A stretch of DNA of 64,000 bases from the NCBI RefSeq assembly GCF_001194135.2, contig NC_068999.1:47385571-47449570 (forward strand). The letters run 5' to 3'. The translations under genes and the position numbers were made by a program. The notes under the pieces were generated by a model. It had not been told where the DNA came from. It worked only from the letters and a program-made list of their open reading frames with translations, and made no database searches. This stretch comes from Octopus bimaculoides (taxonomy: Eukaryota). Of the stretch, positions 14,058 to 27,203 are shown piece after piece; within the stretch, counting starts at the first letter, position 1, and each line of letters begins with the position of its first letter.

Positions 14058-14853
14058 ATTTCTCAATTTTGTTTCTTTGTATTCTCATTAATTTTGATCT
14101 CGTCTGCTATTTAAAAAAAAACAAAATGTCTCCAAAGATCAGTTCACTCGATATGATTAACAAATAAGTTTTAAACAACAGAGACTGGTACTTCTGGTGC
14201 TGCGAACTACAGCTCTCACTTGTAGCATAACAAGTGTTATAGAAAGCAGTCTCCTCTATCGCTTTCTCTCTCCAGTGTCTCCAGGGCCAGATCTTCCTTC
14301 AACTCGCATTAGTGGGTTCTCAACACTAATGTTATTGCTAACCAGCCATCTTTAAGAAAAGTGTCTATTATAAAAGAATTTCTTCACTAAGCTGTCCACT
14401 TGTAGACTCCACTGCCTCTTATCTTTTAGATCAAATATTTCCTGTTAAACCACTCCTGTTACACCACAACATACACTGCAAGATCTCCATCTCTGACCCA
14501 CATTTTATCAACTCTATTGGACTCCAAGGTTTAAGTTAGGTCCCCTGTACTTTCTGTTTTGTATATGTATATTTATATTTATACTTATATTTATATTTAT
14601 TGTATATATTTAACCTGTTTCTAATTCCTCAAGAAGTCACTGTTACAAAGCAAAATGTCCTTTCTCTTCTTGTATGCAAAGCGGAAGGCATTGGTCTTTG
14701 TCCAGGAGGAAGCCCTTAAGTTAGAAAAATACAAGTGAAGTTGGCTTTGATTCTTCTGGGGTTTGTACATTTGTGTGGCTAGTGGGACAAGAGAGAAAGG
14801 AATTCCAAAGAGCAGCATTGTTTAGAATGAAGAACTACATATAATGTTTAGAC

Positions 14854-15173
14854 CAGGCCTGGCCAACTTGAATTACATTGCAGGCCACTTTAATCACAGA
14901 AAGGTTTTTGAGGGCTGCTTGTATACTGACAGAATTGAAAGCATTTTGCTTTCTCATACTATTATTACAATAATAAATGAATGATCGTTGATTCAACATG
15001 AAATATTATTGTTGCAAAAACAGTAGTATCTTCCTTTTTTACTTTTCATTACAATCTTTTAATTTTTGATAAAATTTTTAAATGTTTGTTTAAACAAATC
15101 CATTTCAAGAAAGTATCAAGTGGGCCATGAGATAAAAGTCTGCGGCCCACAGGCCTTAGGTTGGCCAGCCCTG
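14854..15173. mobile_element. hAT-type MITE
   Basis: TIRs caggcctggccaac / gttggccagccctg (13/14 match). 8-bp TSD gtttagac / gtttagat. Confidence 0.85.
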
Positions 15174-16142
15174 GTTTAGATGGAAGGCAGTAGGAATGCA
15201 AGTGTGAAAGATAAAGTATGAGGGTAAAGGAACAAGGTTAACACAACCAGCAAAGATGAGGGAATCACAAACAGCAAGGTGAGGGATACAATACAACCAG
15301 TAAGTATGAAGGAGACACAGCACAACCAGCAGGAATGGGAGCAAAATGGTAAAACCAATGGAGACAAAAGAAACAATGCAACAAGTAAATCTGAGAGTGA
15401 CAATACAACCAGAAAGTAATAAGGTCAAGGCAAGACAATTAGCAAGCAGAGGAAAGATGAGTCCATTATTAAAAAGAGGAGGTAGAAAATGTTTCAGTAA
15501 AAGATGATTTAGTAATTATGCAAATGGTTCTCTGATGAATTGTGTCTGGAATGTATGGAATGGAAAGACAAAATGTGTGCTTAGAACAACAGAACTTTGT
15601 AGAATGTAGAGCTGAGCTGAAATATTATCCTCTGAAGTCAAAACTAAGTCCTTTTGATATGATGATTGTTATATTTGCTTCAAATATATGAATTGTTACA
15701 AGTTTGCCTGAGATTATCAACAATAGGGAGGAGGAGAGTTCAAGTTGGTCGTCGTTCACATGATTTGCAACAAAGTTTGTTTAATCTACCAGGTTACTGG
15801 GAGAATTAAATAACGGAAGAGGACTTTTCATGTTAATTAATAAGATATTAGATTTCATTGACTCAAATTACAAGTGACTGGATGAATGATAAAAAGAAAC
15901 CAGGAGGTGATATGCAAATGAAGCTCAAAATGAAAGTCAATAATGATAATCTTTTCTTCTATGGGCACAAGGCCTGAGGGGGCTAGCCAATTACATCAAC
16001 CCCAGCGCTTAACTGGTACTTATTTCATCAACTCTGAAAGGGATGAATCTAGTAGATGGAATATATATAATATTATCCCTTAGTGGGTTGGATTCACAAC
16101 CCCTAACTTTCTTGGATTATATATATATATATATATATATAT

Positions 16143-16450
16143 ATCATCATCATCATCCTTTAACGTCTGTTTTCCATGCTGGCATAGGTGGAACGGTTTG
16201 ACCAAAGTTGGCAAGCAGGAGAGCTGCACCAGGTTCCAGCCTGATTTGGCTTGGTTTCTATGACCGGATGCCCTTCCTAATGCCAAATTACTTTACAGTG
16301 TGTGCTGGGTGCTTTTAACATGGCACCAACACGAGTCCCTTTATGTGGCACCAGCATGAGTGCATTTCATGTGGTGCCAGCACAGGACTCTTGCAGGCTC
16401 ATCCTCTTCATCAGGAGGATGAGTCGTGTTGAGTACAGCATGGCACCAGA
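16143..16450 (-). mobile_element. RTE-LINE 3'-tail repeat (family C)
   Basis: (catcat)n-tttaacgtc..tttccatgctggcat...ggatgcccttcctaatgcca; the same sequence forms the RTE 3' UTR at 61150-61535. Confidence 0.75.
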
Positions 16451-16807
16451 TATCTCGGTCTTTTGTCATCTCCTCCAAAAGACTAAGTGTCCTCTGTGTG
16501 TGTGTGTGTGTCTTCCCCAAATGCCTGACAAGTGTTGGTTTGTTTTTATTTCATGCGCCAGTAACTTAGCAATTCAGCAAACAAAACTGATAAAATAAGT
16601 ACCAGATTTAACAAAATGAAAAAGTACCGGGGTCAATCTGCTTAACTGAGACCCTTCAAAGCAATGCCCAATCCTTCAAAGGTTGTTGCCCAATGACTGA
16701 AACAAAAGATGAACCGAAGTACATAAAACTACAATTTAGAGTACATTAGCCTTTACAGAATTTATGCACAACTAATAAAAGGAGGAGATGAAAGATATAA
16801 AACTTAC

Positions 16808-16975
16808 AAGGAATATTTATAGCGCAGGGTATTTTACCAGTGTCCAGTATTTCTTTGGGTTCCCGAACATCAAAGAGTTGAATATCTCCACAGCTAATCA
16901 ATGCTTCCATATCTTCAAAACAGAGGTTAGTCCATTTGTCATAATGACTGCTACGTCTAAACCATCGGTTGGCTC
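16808..16975 (-). CDS. TSTD1/3-like: Rhodanese-domain protein, exon 2
   Basis: Pyrimidine tract + GAAG acceptor. Encodes ...IQLFDVREPKEILDTGKIPCAINIP, the rhodanese DVR(E)P...G.IP.A.NIP motif. GTAAGT donor at 16807. Phase 1/1, 168 nt. Confidence 0.92.
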
Positions 16976-17205
16976 CTTCAATGGAAGAAACAGGAGATAG
17001 CAAACTTACATGATATTTTATTTATATCTATATCTATCTATCTATATATATATATATATAGACACACACACATACAACCACGTGTACATATTTATTATAT
17101 ATATATACACACACAGACATATACACAAATATATATACAAGTATATACACACATATATACATACATACAGACACACACATATTTATATATATATATGTAT
17201 ACAGG

Positions 17206-17370
17206 TGCAGGAATGGTTGTGTGCTAAGAAGCTTGCTTCCCGACCACATGTTTCCAGGTTCAGTCCTACTGTGTGGCACCTTGGGCAAGCATCTTCTACT
17301 ACAGCCTCAGACTCACCAAAGCCTTGTTAGTGGATTTGGTAGATGGAAACTGAAAGAAGCCCATCGTTTA
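17206..17370 (+). mobile_element. SINE family A, 5' half
   Basis: caggaatggttgtgtgctaagaagcttgcttcc...gaaactgaaagaagcccatcg. Confidence 0.85.
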
Positions 17371-17382
17371 TATATATATTTA

Positions 17383-17560
17383 GAAATAATACATTTCTAA
17401 ATCTCTCAGAGAGATTTATGCAGTAGTGATACGATGAAGTAGTTGTATGCTGTCAACTTAATGTGACAGTCCCCTGAAGGGAATAATACTACTGTTGGTT
17501 AGACCTAGGAAGCTGCACCGCTTCCTGTCGGCCTTGACACATTTCCTTCCTGTGTCCTTA
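17383..17560 (+). mobile_element. Truncated copy (leader + left arm only) of the hairpin element at 45665-46072
   Basis: Near-identical to 45665-45840: agaaataatacatttctaaatctctcagagagattt...gacctaggaagctgca...ccttgacaca. Confidence 0.85.
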
Positions 17561-19176
17561 TATGTATATATAGATATTTGTGTGTCTGCATCTGTCCTCA
17601 GTGGATGAAAAGTGTGTGAAAGCCTGCCATAGTGATTGTACATGTAATTAAAAAGGTACAGCCTTGTCACACCAATTCTGCCTGAAATTACATTAAGGGT
17701 ACATGTGACTGGGCTATACTCAGTCAGTGGGATTTTCCTTAATTTTGGTCACCAGAGTTATTCCATGCATATTCTAACTATTCACATCTTGAAACTAATC
17801 TCTAAATAATTGAGCTTCTCTGTACTGTATGCCCCACACCCATCTGTACAAGTTTTCACAAAAAATTTGGAATTACTTTCCAATATGAATTTTGCTCATG
17901 AGATGTTTCTTCCAGATTGTTTGGTTAACATTTGAGCTTTGACCAAATCCTTCATCTTTGTGTTTTGTAATTCATTACTCTGTACATTACCAAAGGATTC
18001 TTAGACCTATACTATTGTATTGTACGTCCACATTGAGAACAACGTATATTTCTACCTACTTTATTTTTACTGTAAACTGACCACCATAATCGCTTTCTAA
18101 TGGATAATCGAGTCCTAACTTCTTTCTCTCAAACTAAATTGGAATTTATCTCCTTTTGCGACAGTTTCAAATATGTAAACTAATGTTATCAACATACAGA
18201 GTTCCCAAATACAAGTAGTTTAAAAATAACTGTTGCAGCCTGGAAAACTTTGAGCAGAGAACTGATAGACGATCGTCACCTGCCTGCTGGGTAAATTCCT
18301 CTCTGAGCCCGCTGTTTCAAGATACATTTAAATATAGTGGAATGTTTCCAGTTTCAAATTTGTTATTTTGCCTAGGTCAGCTCTTATTTACCAGTTCCCT
18401 CGTCAAAAATCATTCCGCCTTTCTTGAACACCCTGCCTTCTTTTTCAACAGTTGAAAGGTTTGGCTGTAATTTCTAGCAGGTCGAGCGACCTCATGTTAT
18501 TGCCTGTACAACGTTTGGATAGACTTTTATTTTATTATTATTCTGAAATTAAACATTTATTAATATATATCTCCAATAATATTCGATTTTTGCACGCCAA
18601 TATTAATTATAAATGGTTAAACAAGATGACTGCAGAGTTCGGGAGAGGATATCGGGTTGTTCTATAGTTACCCTTGTACATTATTTTATCGACCTTAGGA
18701 GATGTAAGCTAAACACTGACCAGCTGTGAACTTGGGACAATGATATTGAAATAATGTTTTTAAAAGATGTCTAAATGGTGCCTCTTTACGACCTCCTTAG
18801 CGATGGATGTATTATATTGAGGAGGGAAGAAGACTTATTTACATTCAAATCTATTTAATTATGTTTAACAGCAGCCTAAAATTCTTAATTAAAATCCTGG
18901 GTAAAATTACTTCTTCACAGACTTATCAAAGTAAATAACAAGCAGCTGTATTATAAAATATACCCCACAACAACGTAAGTGGTTAGTAGAACTCGAAATT
19001 AGAGCGAGGGCAATGTTTTAATTGACATTAATAAAGACTTGTAACTAACTTTTAATTAAACACAAAAGTAAAACAATGACAAGTGAAAACTACCAAATAA
19101 ATTTTATAAAAGAGACAGTATAGAAATAACCTTTTTATAAAGAAAAGGAGCCGAAACAAGTTAGTTAGCGACTAAC

Positions 19177-19399
19177 CTTGAGTAGAAACAAGGAGCAAGC
19201 TGGTGGTGGCCGAGTTTTGTCGGTAAATATTGTTGTTGTTGGCGATGGAATTAAACTTTCTGTAGTTCGGAGAGAAGGAAGTTGTTTTAGTTTTGTATTT
19301 ATGCTGGGGTAAACGGTATACTGCTGACATTCGGCACCCATTTTGAAGCTTTAAAGTTCTAGCCAAGAATGGTACCAGCCGCAGCTGAAGAGTCGACAT
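19177..19399 (-). CDS. TSTD1/3-like: Rhodanese-domain protein, exon 1 (mitochondrial-targeting-like leader)
   Basis: ATG at 19399. MSTLQLRLVPFLARTLKLQNGCRMSAVYRL... is Arg/Leu/Ser-rich and lacks acidic residues. Donor CAAG|GTTAGT at 19176, phase 1, matches exon 2. Confidence 0.8.
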
Positions 19400-19690
19400 A
19401 ATGATGTGAAGAAGCCAGCGCTTCTGGCCAACACCGATTCCACTTTCTGCCTCGTTTCACGAGAATTTCCGGTGAAACTAATTTTCTCAACCCCGTCAGC
19501 ATTATGTTGTTTTTACGACAAATATTTCAATTGGTTTTTCAAACCATTTAAAGAACCAAGTGTTTGGGTAATCTGCGATTGTGATTTGTGAAACTAGAAA
19601 AATATTTTGAACTACTGAAAATGTTAAGATATTTCTGATGGAAATCGGGACGAAGACGTATCTGTTATGTTAATGAACATGAATTTAAAT
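19400..19690 (-). promoter_or_regulatory. Probable promoter/5' UTR of the rhodanese gene
   Basis: CpG-retaining segment directly upstream of the ATG. ETS-type ACCGGAAAT on the minus strand at 19465-19473. Confidence 0.45.
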
Positions 19691-19694
19691 ATAA

Positions 19695-20035
19695 AACAAG
19701 AGCACTCAGAGAGCGCGAAGCTCCGCCAAGGCAACACCAATGTCCTCTCAACGATTAGCCAGAGATGATTTTTAAAATGAGAATATCTGAAATAAACTTG
19801 ACAGCTCTCAAAAATTAAGTAAAAGAAAAAAACGGGAAAATAATCCAGAATCCTTGTCCGGTACCGGATCGATCCCAAAATCTAATCAGTTTGTGCCAGT
19901 CACAAGGCCAAACATCCCTGAAAGTTTCATCCGAATCCATTCAGCGGTTCTTAAGATATTTTGTCCACGGACAGACAAACAAACAAACACGACTGAAACA
20001 ATACCTCTCTCTGTCTTAGAAGGCAAAAGTAATAA
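19695..20035 (-). mobile_element. Helentron-associated non-autonomous element (HINE/DINE-1-like)
   Basis: Subterminal repeat ctccgccaaggc, short terminal stem-loop gcactcagagagcgc and internal (caaa)n. An inverted homologue lies at 51175-51542. Confidence 0.65.
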
Positions 20036-20967
20036 AGAAAATAACTCAAATGGACTTTTGCCATGAATTTAGAGGAAGGTGTAGTGAATGTTATACAAAA
20101 ATTTACAAATTGATTTAAGNNNNNNNNNNNNNNNNNNNNNNNNNNNNNNNNNNNNNNNNNNNNNNNNNNNNNNNNNNNNNNNNNNNNNNNNNNNNNNGGG
20201 GGTGGGTGATTTCAGGAACTTAAGTTTTATTTCGATAATTCGGCAAAAGAAAATTTAGTCTTTGTAGTTAAGAGATAACCATGGAACAAGTCTATCAGAC
20301 CTCATCAGCTAGTATAGTCTAAACGAGGCATAAGCAACCTTTGTCAAGAAGCGGTCCGCGTGAGATATGATTTATCGTCAGGCGGGCTGCACTAAACAAA
20401 AAAAAAAAAATTCAAAGTAATTTTTCGTTAGGCGTGTCATTCAGAAACTCCCACAAGCCATAATTTTTATGTCACTGCTCTAAATGGTTATAAATCATAA
20501 CATTCACATACGTGAGTTAGTTCCCTTTGCTCATTGTATTTTTATTATGCAAATTATTGTGGTTTGGTTAGTTACAAAATAATTAACTAAGCCAATGATA
20601 TTTAATAGACTGAAATATGTCTGTTGTCCATCATATGCTGTAAGCATGAAAAGATTAATTCTTAATTTTCTGAAATTAGATTCTGTTTTTTTTTTTTCTT
20701 CCTTTCTTTCTTTCTTTCTTTCTTTCTGAGTGTAGCTGACAACTATCACAAAGTACCTCTCCCTCACACACACACACACTGAGAAAGAATTTTCAATTAA
20801 TTAGCAATTTTTGGCACATTGTCTTCAGTAAATATCACTTGAACTTAATTATGATATTGTTTGTGTCTGGAAAATTTCCCATGAATGCCTATGTGGTGGG
20901 CACAGGCATGACTGTGTAGTTATGAAGAAATATATATATAATGAAAATACAAAAGTATGTGTGTGTA

Positions 20968-21012
20968 GAAGAAGAAGAAGAAGAAGAAGAAGAAGAAGAA
21001 GAAGAAGAAGAA
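20968..21012. repeat. (GAA)n microsatellite followed by TA/CA-rich simple repeats (to ~21465)
   Basis: Directly visible. Confidence 0.95.
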
Positions 21013-21230
21013 ATAAAGCTAAAAGTAAAAATAGATATAAAAATAGTAATGGAGAACATAGGGGAAGGAGGAGTTAAGTACACCAAGATTAAAGAAATGG
21101 AATATTTTGGATTGGTCAAAAGTGGTCCTACCCCATATTGAAATAAATTTGTTTGAAATTTTAAGGTGTTTCCATTATTTTGTCTAACAGGGGTTGGACA
21201 TACATACATACATACATACATACATGCATG

Positions 21231-21264
<34 letters not shown>

Positions 21265-21465
21265 TATATATACACACATATACATTCATGTATACACACA
21301 CATACATGTATATGTACATATATCCATATACACACACATATATATATATACATATATACACACACATACACATATATACATACACACATATATACACATA
21401 GACACATACATATATATATATATATACACACACACACATATATAGCCACACATTGCACACACACG

Positions 21466-21699
21466 CATCATCATCATCATCATCATCGTTTAACGTCCGC
21501 TTTCCATGCTAGCATGGGTTGGACGATTTGACTGAGGACTGGTGAAACCGGATGGCAACACCAGGCTCCAGTCTGATTTGGCAGAGTTTCTACAGCTGGA
21601 TGCCCTTCCTAACGCCAACCACTCAGAGAGTGTAGTGGGTGCTTTTACGTGTCACCCGCACGAAAACGGCCACGCTCGAAATGGTGTCTTTTATGTGCC
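21466..21699 (-). mobile_element. RTE 3'-tail repeat (family C), runs into N gap
   Basis: catcatcatcgtttaacgtccgctttccatgctagcatgggttggacg...gatgcccttcctaacgccaacc. Confidence 0.85.
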
Positions 21700-24214
21700 N
21701 NNNNNNNNNNNNNNNNNNNNNNNNNNNNNNNNNNNNNNNNNNNNNNNNNNNNNNNNNNNNNNNNNNNNNNNNNNNNNNNNNNNNNNNNNNNNNNNNNNNN
21801 NNNNNNNNNNNNNNNNNNNNNNNNNNNNNNNNNNNNNNNNNNNNNNNNNNNNNNNNNNNNNNNNNNNNNNNNNNNNNNNNNNNNNNNNNNNNNNNNNNNN
21901 NNNNNNNNNNNNNNNNNNNNNNNNNNNNNNNNNNNNNNNNNNNNNNNNNNNNNNNNNNNNNNNNNNNNNNNNNNNNNNNNNNNNNNNNNNNNNNNNNNNN
22001 NNNNNNNNNNNNNNNNNNNNNNNNNNNNNNNNNNNNNNNNNNNNNNNNNNNNNNNNNNNNNNNNNNNNNNNNNNNNNNNNNNNNNNNNNNNNNNNNNNNN
22101 NNNNNNNNNNNNNNNNNNNNNNNNNNNNNNNNNNNNNNNNNNNNNNNNNNNNNNNNNNNNNNNNNNNNNNNNNNNNNNNNNNNNNNNNNNNNNNNNNNNN
22201 NNNNNNNNNNNNNNNNNNNNNNNNNNNNNNNNNNNNNNNNNNNNNNNNNNNNNNNNNNNNNNNNNNNNNNNNNNNNNNNNNNNNNNNNNNNNNNNNNNNN
22301 NNNNNNNNNNNNNNNNNNNNNNNNNNNNNNNNNNNNNNNNNNNNNNNNNNNNNNNNNNNNNNNNNNNNNNNNNNNNNNNNNNNNNNNNNNNNNNNNNNNN
22401 NNNNNNNNNNNNNNNNNNNNNNNNNNNNNNNNNNNNNNNNNNNNNNNNNNNNNNNNNNNNNNNNNNNNNNNNNNNNNNNNNNNNNNNNNNNNNNNNNNNN
22501 NNNNNNNNNNNNNNNNNNNNNNNNNNNNNNNNNNNNNNNNNNNNNNNNNNNNNNNNNNNNNNNNNNNNNNNNNNNNNNNNNNNNNNNNNNNNNNNNNNNN
22601 NNNNNNNNNNNNNNNNNNNNNNNNATATATATATATATATATATATATATAATGAAAAAATGTATTGTAAATAAACAAACAATATAGCGTATACTGAGTG
22701 TACAACTGGACAGGAGACAAACGCAGAAGGTCCCTAATTGTTCATCAGTTATCAACCGAATGGTATTACTCAGTTTCACACCATTAATGATAAGACTGAG
22801 AACCTCCTGTACTGACGGTGCTCGCAAAAGTTGCAAAGAATATAGGGCCCAGAGCAAACAAAACAATACAGAATGGACATACAAAAGTAAAAAAAAAATG
22901 TCATTTAAGATGATGGACAAAGACGAAATATATAAGAAATGAGCAAAATATAGCCTCAGGACCAAAAAGACAAGAATGGTGCGTAATTCTTAGAAGGCTT
23001 AAAGGATAGGAAACAGTGAGTCATGGAGAATTTGCGACCAGTATATTAGTCAAAGTATACAATATTATACATCCATTATGGTCAATCTTAATCAGTTTTG
23101 CCTGATTATGTAACCCGAATTTTATTTAATTTGCTTTGCAGGATGGACTGTTTTAACGAAGTCGCATATATATATATATATAATAATATAAATAAAATAT
23201 ATATATATATATGCATATATACACACATACATGCCTACATATATATGCATATATACATGCATATATGGGTAAAAAAAAACGTGAACAAAATGAGAAACAA
23301 GAACATAAAAAAATAAAAGCATGGAAAAGGAACTTTTTTTCGAACGACGAAAGAAACAGAGAAACGAGACAGGCAACATAAAGAACATTCCCTTCATCTG
23401 TTGTCACCTGTTTTATCTACTCCGCATTTCGAAGGTAGGGACNNNNNNNNNNNNNNNNNNNNNNNNNNNNNNNNNNNNNNNNNNNNNNNNNNNNNNNNNN
23501 NNNNNNNNNNNNNNNNNNNNNNNNNNNNNNNNNNNNNNNNNNNNNNNNNNNNNNNNNNNNNNNNNNNNNNNNNNNNNNNNNNNNNNNNNNNNNNNNNNNN
23601 NNNNNNNNNNNNNNNNNNNNNNNNNNNNNNNNNNNNNNNNNNNNNNNNNNNNNNNNNNNNNNNNNNNNNNNNNNNNNNNNNNNNNNNNNNNNNNNNNNNN
23701 NNNNNNNNNNNNNNNNNNNNNNNNNNNNNNNNNNNNNNNNNNNNNNNNNNNNNNNNNNNNNNNNNNNNNNNNNNNNNNNNNNNNNNNNNNNNNNNNNNNN
23801 NNNNNNNNNNNNNNNNNNNNNNNNNNNNNNNNNNNNNNNNNNNNNNNNNNNNNNNNNNNNNNNNNNNNNNNNNNNNNNNNNNNNNNNNNNNNNNNNNNNN
23901 NNNNNNNNNNNNNNNNNNNNNNNNNNNNNNNNNNNNNNNNNNNNNNNNNNNNNNNNNNNNNNNNNNNNNNNNNNNNNNNNNNNNNNNNNNNNNNNNNNNN
24001 NNNNNNNNNNNNNNNNNNNNNNNNNNNNNNNNNNNNNNNNNNNNNNNNNNNNNNNNNNNNNNNNNNNNNNNNNNNNNNNNNNNNNNNNNNNNNNNNNNNN
24101 NNNNNNNNNNNNNNNNNNNNNNNNNNNNNNNNNNNNNNNNNNNNNNNNNNNNNNNNNNNNNNNNNNNNNNNNNNNNNNNNNNNNNNNNNNNNNTATATAT
24201 ATAGCATATGTGTA

Positions 24215-24448
24215 GGACACAGATGTGGGTGTGTAGTAAGAAGCTCGCTTCCTAACCAAATGGCTCCAGGTTCAGTCCTACTGTATGGCACCTTGAGCAA
24301 GTGCCTTGTACTAAAGGCTCAGGCCAACAAAAGCCTTGTGAGGTGAGTGGATTTGGGTGAAAGAAACTGAAAGAAGCATGTTCTATATATATATATACAC
24401 ACACACATATATGTATCTGTGTACGTGTGTGTGAGTGCGTGTGTGTGA

Positions 24449-24480
<32 letters not shown>

Positions 24481-24690
24481 CTTTGTTTCTCTCCCGCCAC
24501 AAATTGACAACTAGCATTATATGTGTTTGTCTATGTAACTTAGCAGTTCAACAAAAGAGTTTGATAGTTTGATTAAGTACCAGGCTTTGAAATATAAAGT
24601 ACTGGGGTTGGTTCATTTGACTAAAAATTATCCAAGGCGCTGCCCCAGTATGGCAGCAGTTCAGAGACTGAAACAAGTAAAAGATAAAAA
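24215..24690 (+). mobile_element. SINE family A
   Basis: gtgtagtaagaagctcgcttcctaacc...ggcaccttgagcaa...(tg)n...aagtaccaggc...gactgaaacaagtaaaag. Confidence 0.8.
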
Positions 24691-24692
24691 AT

Positions 24693-24778
24693 ATATGCTG
24701 AACATTAGAAGCATCAGTTGTGGCGTGCAAGAGAGACGATTGCGCTGGTATGGACATGTGGTGAGAATGGAGGAGGAT
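24693..24778 (+). mobile_element. RTE LINE fragment (C-terminal of ORF)
   Basis: Encodes LNIRSISCGVQERRLRWYGHVVRMEED, the RTE RRLRW.GHV.RM motif. Confidence 0.8.
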
Positions 24779-25251
24779 NNNNNNNNNNNNNNNNNNNNNN
24801 NNNNNNNNNNNNNNNNNNNNNNNNNNNNNNNNNNNNNNNNNNNNNNNNNNNNNNNNNNNNNNNNNNNNNNNNNNNNNNNNNNNNNNNNNNNNNNNNNNNN
24901 NNNNNNNNNNNNNNNNNNNNNNNNNNNNNNNNNNNNNNNNNNNNNNNNNNNNNNNNNNNNNNNNNNNNNNNNNNNNNNNNNNNNNNNNNNNNNNNNNNNN
25001 NNNNNNNNNNNNNNNNNNNNNNNNNNNNNNNNNNNNNNNNNNNNNNNNNNNNNNNNNNNNNNNNNNNNNNNNNNNNNNNNNNNNNNNNNNNNNNNNNNNN
25101 NNNNNNNNNNNNNNNNNNNNNNNNNNNNNNNNNNNNNNNNNNNNNNNNNNNNNNNNNNNNNNNNNNNNNNNNNNNNNNNNNNNNNNNNNNNNNNNNNNNN
25201 NNNNNNNNNNNNNNNCCATTGTTTTACAATACCATTTTCATAGGATACATA

Positions 25252-25760
25252 ATACTATTACAGGCACAAGGCCTGAAATTCCGGCAGAGGAGTCTAGTCA
25301 ATTACAGTAATCCCAGCGCTCAAATGGTATTTATTTCATCGACCCTGGAAAGACGAAAGGCAAAGTCAGCCTTGATGACATTTTAACTCGAAGCATAAAG
25401 GTGGATGAAATATCACTAAGCATCTCGTCTGGCATGCTAACAATACTGCCAGATTGCTAAATTTAAAAAAGCAAAGTTACCTTCCAGCTGCCCTAGGATA
25501 AATAATATTCATCCTTTCTACTACAGACACAAAGCCTGGAATTTTGTGGTGGGCAGGGGTAGGGCTGGTTGATTACATCACCCCACCAGTACTCAACTGG
25601 TACTTATTTTATTGACCCTGAAAGATTGAAAGACAAGGCTGACCTTGATGGAATTTGAGCTCAGAACATAAAGACAGATGAAATGTGATTAAGCATTTTC
25701 CTTGGCGTGCTAATGCTTCTTGCCACCTTTTTAGGATAAATAATTATAATGGTGTGGAAA
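25252..25760 (-). mobile_element. Two adjacent SINE family B copies (tRNA head; gtcgactttgcctttcatcc...gataaa..agtacc core)
   Basis: Two successive reverse-complement matches to family B, ~25252-25460 and ~25512-25760. Confidence 0.8.
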
Positions 25761-26644
25761 ATGCTTTGCCGGAGACAGAATGGTTTCTTATTTAGGCAGA
25801 AGGCCAGCAAAATTGAGAGAAGGAGATTAGGCAGCACCATCACCTTCAGTACTGGGATCAATTTGTTCAACTAAAATCCTTCAAGGCGGCGCCCCAACAT
25901 GGCCACAGCCACAGTCTAATGACTGAAACAAGGAGAAAATAAAAGATATATATATATATATATATATATATAGCAATTAGAAAATGGAGGATAATATGCT
26001 GTACCCAACGACTTGCAGACAGTGTATTCCGTTGAATTAATTAACTTATTTTGTAACTAAAATGTCAACAATCACACACATACATACATACATTTCGTTT
26101 GATACAAATCCCACAAAAAACAAAAAACACACACACACATTGCCTACAGCAGAACCAAAAGTGCCACCCCGCTTAGCTACACTAGTGGTTACCAATCAAG
26201 TACTATAATCATTCAATTTACTAACCTTATACGACTTGTATTTATGTTAGAAACTTTTATTAATAGTTGTTTTTATCTTGACATATATTTTCAAACAATT
26301 ATCAATGTAAGCTTCTCTAAACCAATCAATATTGATTAAAATAATGTGGGAATCATTGAAAATTTAAAAGAAAATTAACTAATATAGTGAGGAAACAACA
26401 ATATATGTCAATGACTAAAATTATTTTATTTTGGGATGTAGGGGGGATAACTCCAAATACATTTTGGTCTTATTAGGATTTCATCAGCTAAACATAAACT
26501 TCACTGTAGTTGCTGAAGTGCTGAGGGTGTATCACTGAGTAAATGTACAATATTTGATAGTGGTTGATCTAAAAGGGAAAATTAATAAGTCCCAACACCC
26601 ACAGCCATGTTTTTTATTGCTTTTAGGAGTTCCACTGCGTGGTA

Positions 26645-27050
26645 TCTGAAGTAAATGTCTTTTTCTATAGCCCTGGACCGATCAAAGCCTTATGAGTGGA
26701 TTTGATAAGTGAAAACTGAAAGCAGCCAGTTATGAATGTGTGTGTGTAGACAGGTGTGTGTGGGTAGAGACAGAGACAGAGAGACAGAGAGACAGACAGA
26801 CAAGTAGGCAGGTATAGAGGTAAGCAGACAGACAGATAATGTGTGTTTTGTGTTTGTGTTTGTCCTCCACCACCGCTTGACAACTGATTTTGGTTCGTTT
26901 ATGTCCCCGTGACTTAACAGTTCGGTGCAAAGAAACCGATATAATAAGTACCAGGCTTAGAAAAAAGAACTGGGAGCGATTTGTTTGACTAACCCCTTCA
27001 AAGCGGAACCGCAGCATAGCCACAGCCTAATAAGTGAAACGAGTAAGAGA
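26645..27050 (+). mobile_element. SINE family A (lacking most of the head)
   Basis: gaccgatcaaagccttatgagtggatttg...cgcttgacaactg...aagtaccaggctt...cgatttgtttgact. Confidence 0.8.
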
Positions 27051-27203
27051 TAAATGAAAAAAAGGTAATATTAACATCAGCTGCTTACGATAATTCTCCA
27101 TCTTTAATCTATGATTATAAAACGAGAGAATGTCGAGAAGTGGAATATAACCGCTTTTGAGTGTTCTTAAATGACTCGTTCACGATGGAGTATAAAATAT
27201 TTA

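Noticed and set aside
20889-21531. Poly-Glu ORF (20941-21141) and long HTYI/VCVY ORFs
   Set aside because: These are translations of (GAA)n and CA/TA microsatellites with no homology or splice support.
21542-25386. Long ORFs (220-424 aa) in the ORF track
   Set aside because: They are artefacts of N gaps read as X. The same applies near 2.5, 11.4 and 53-54 kb.
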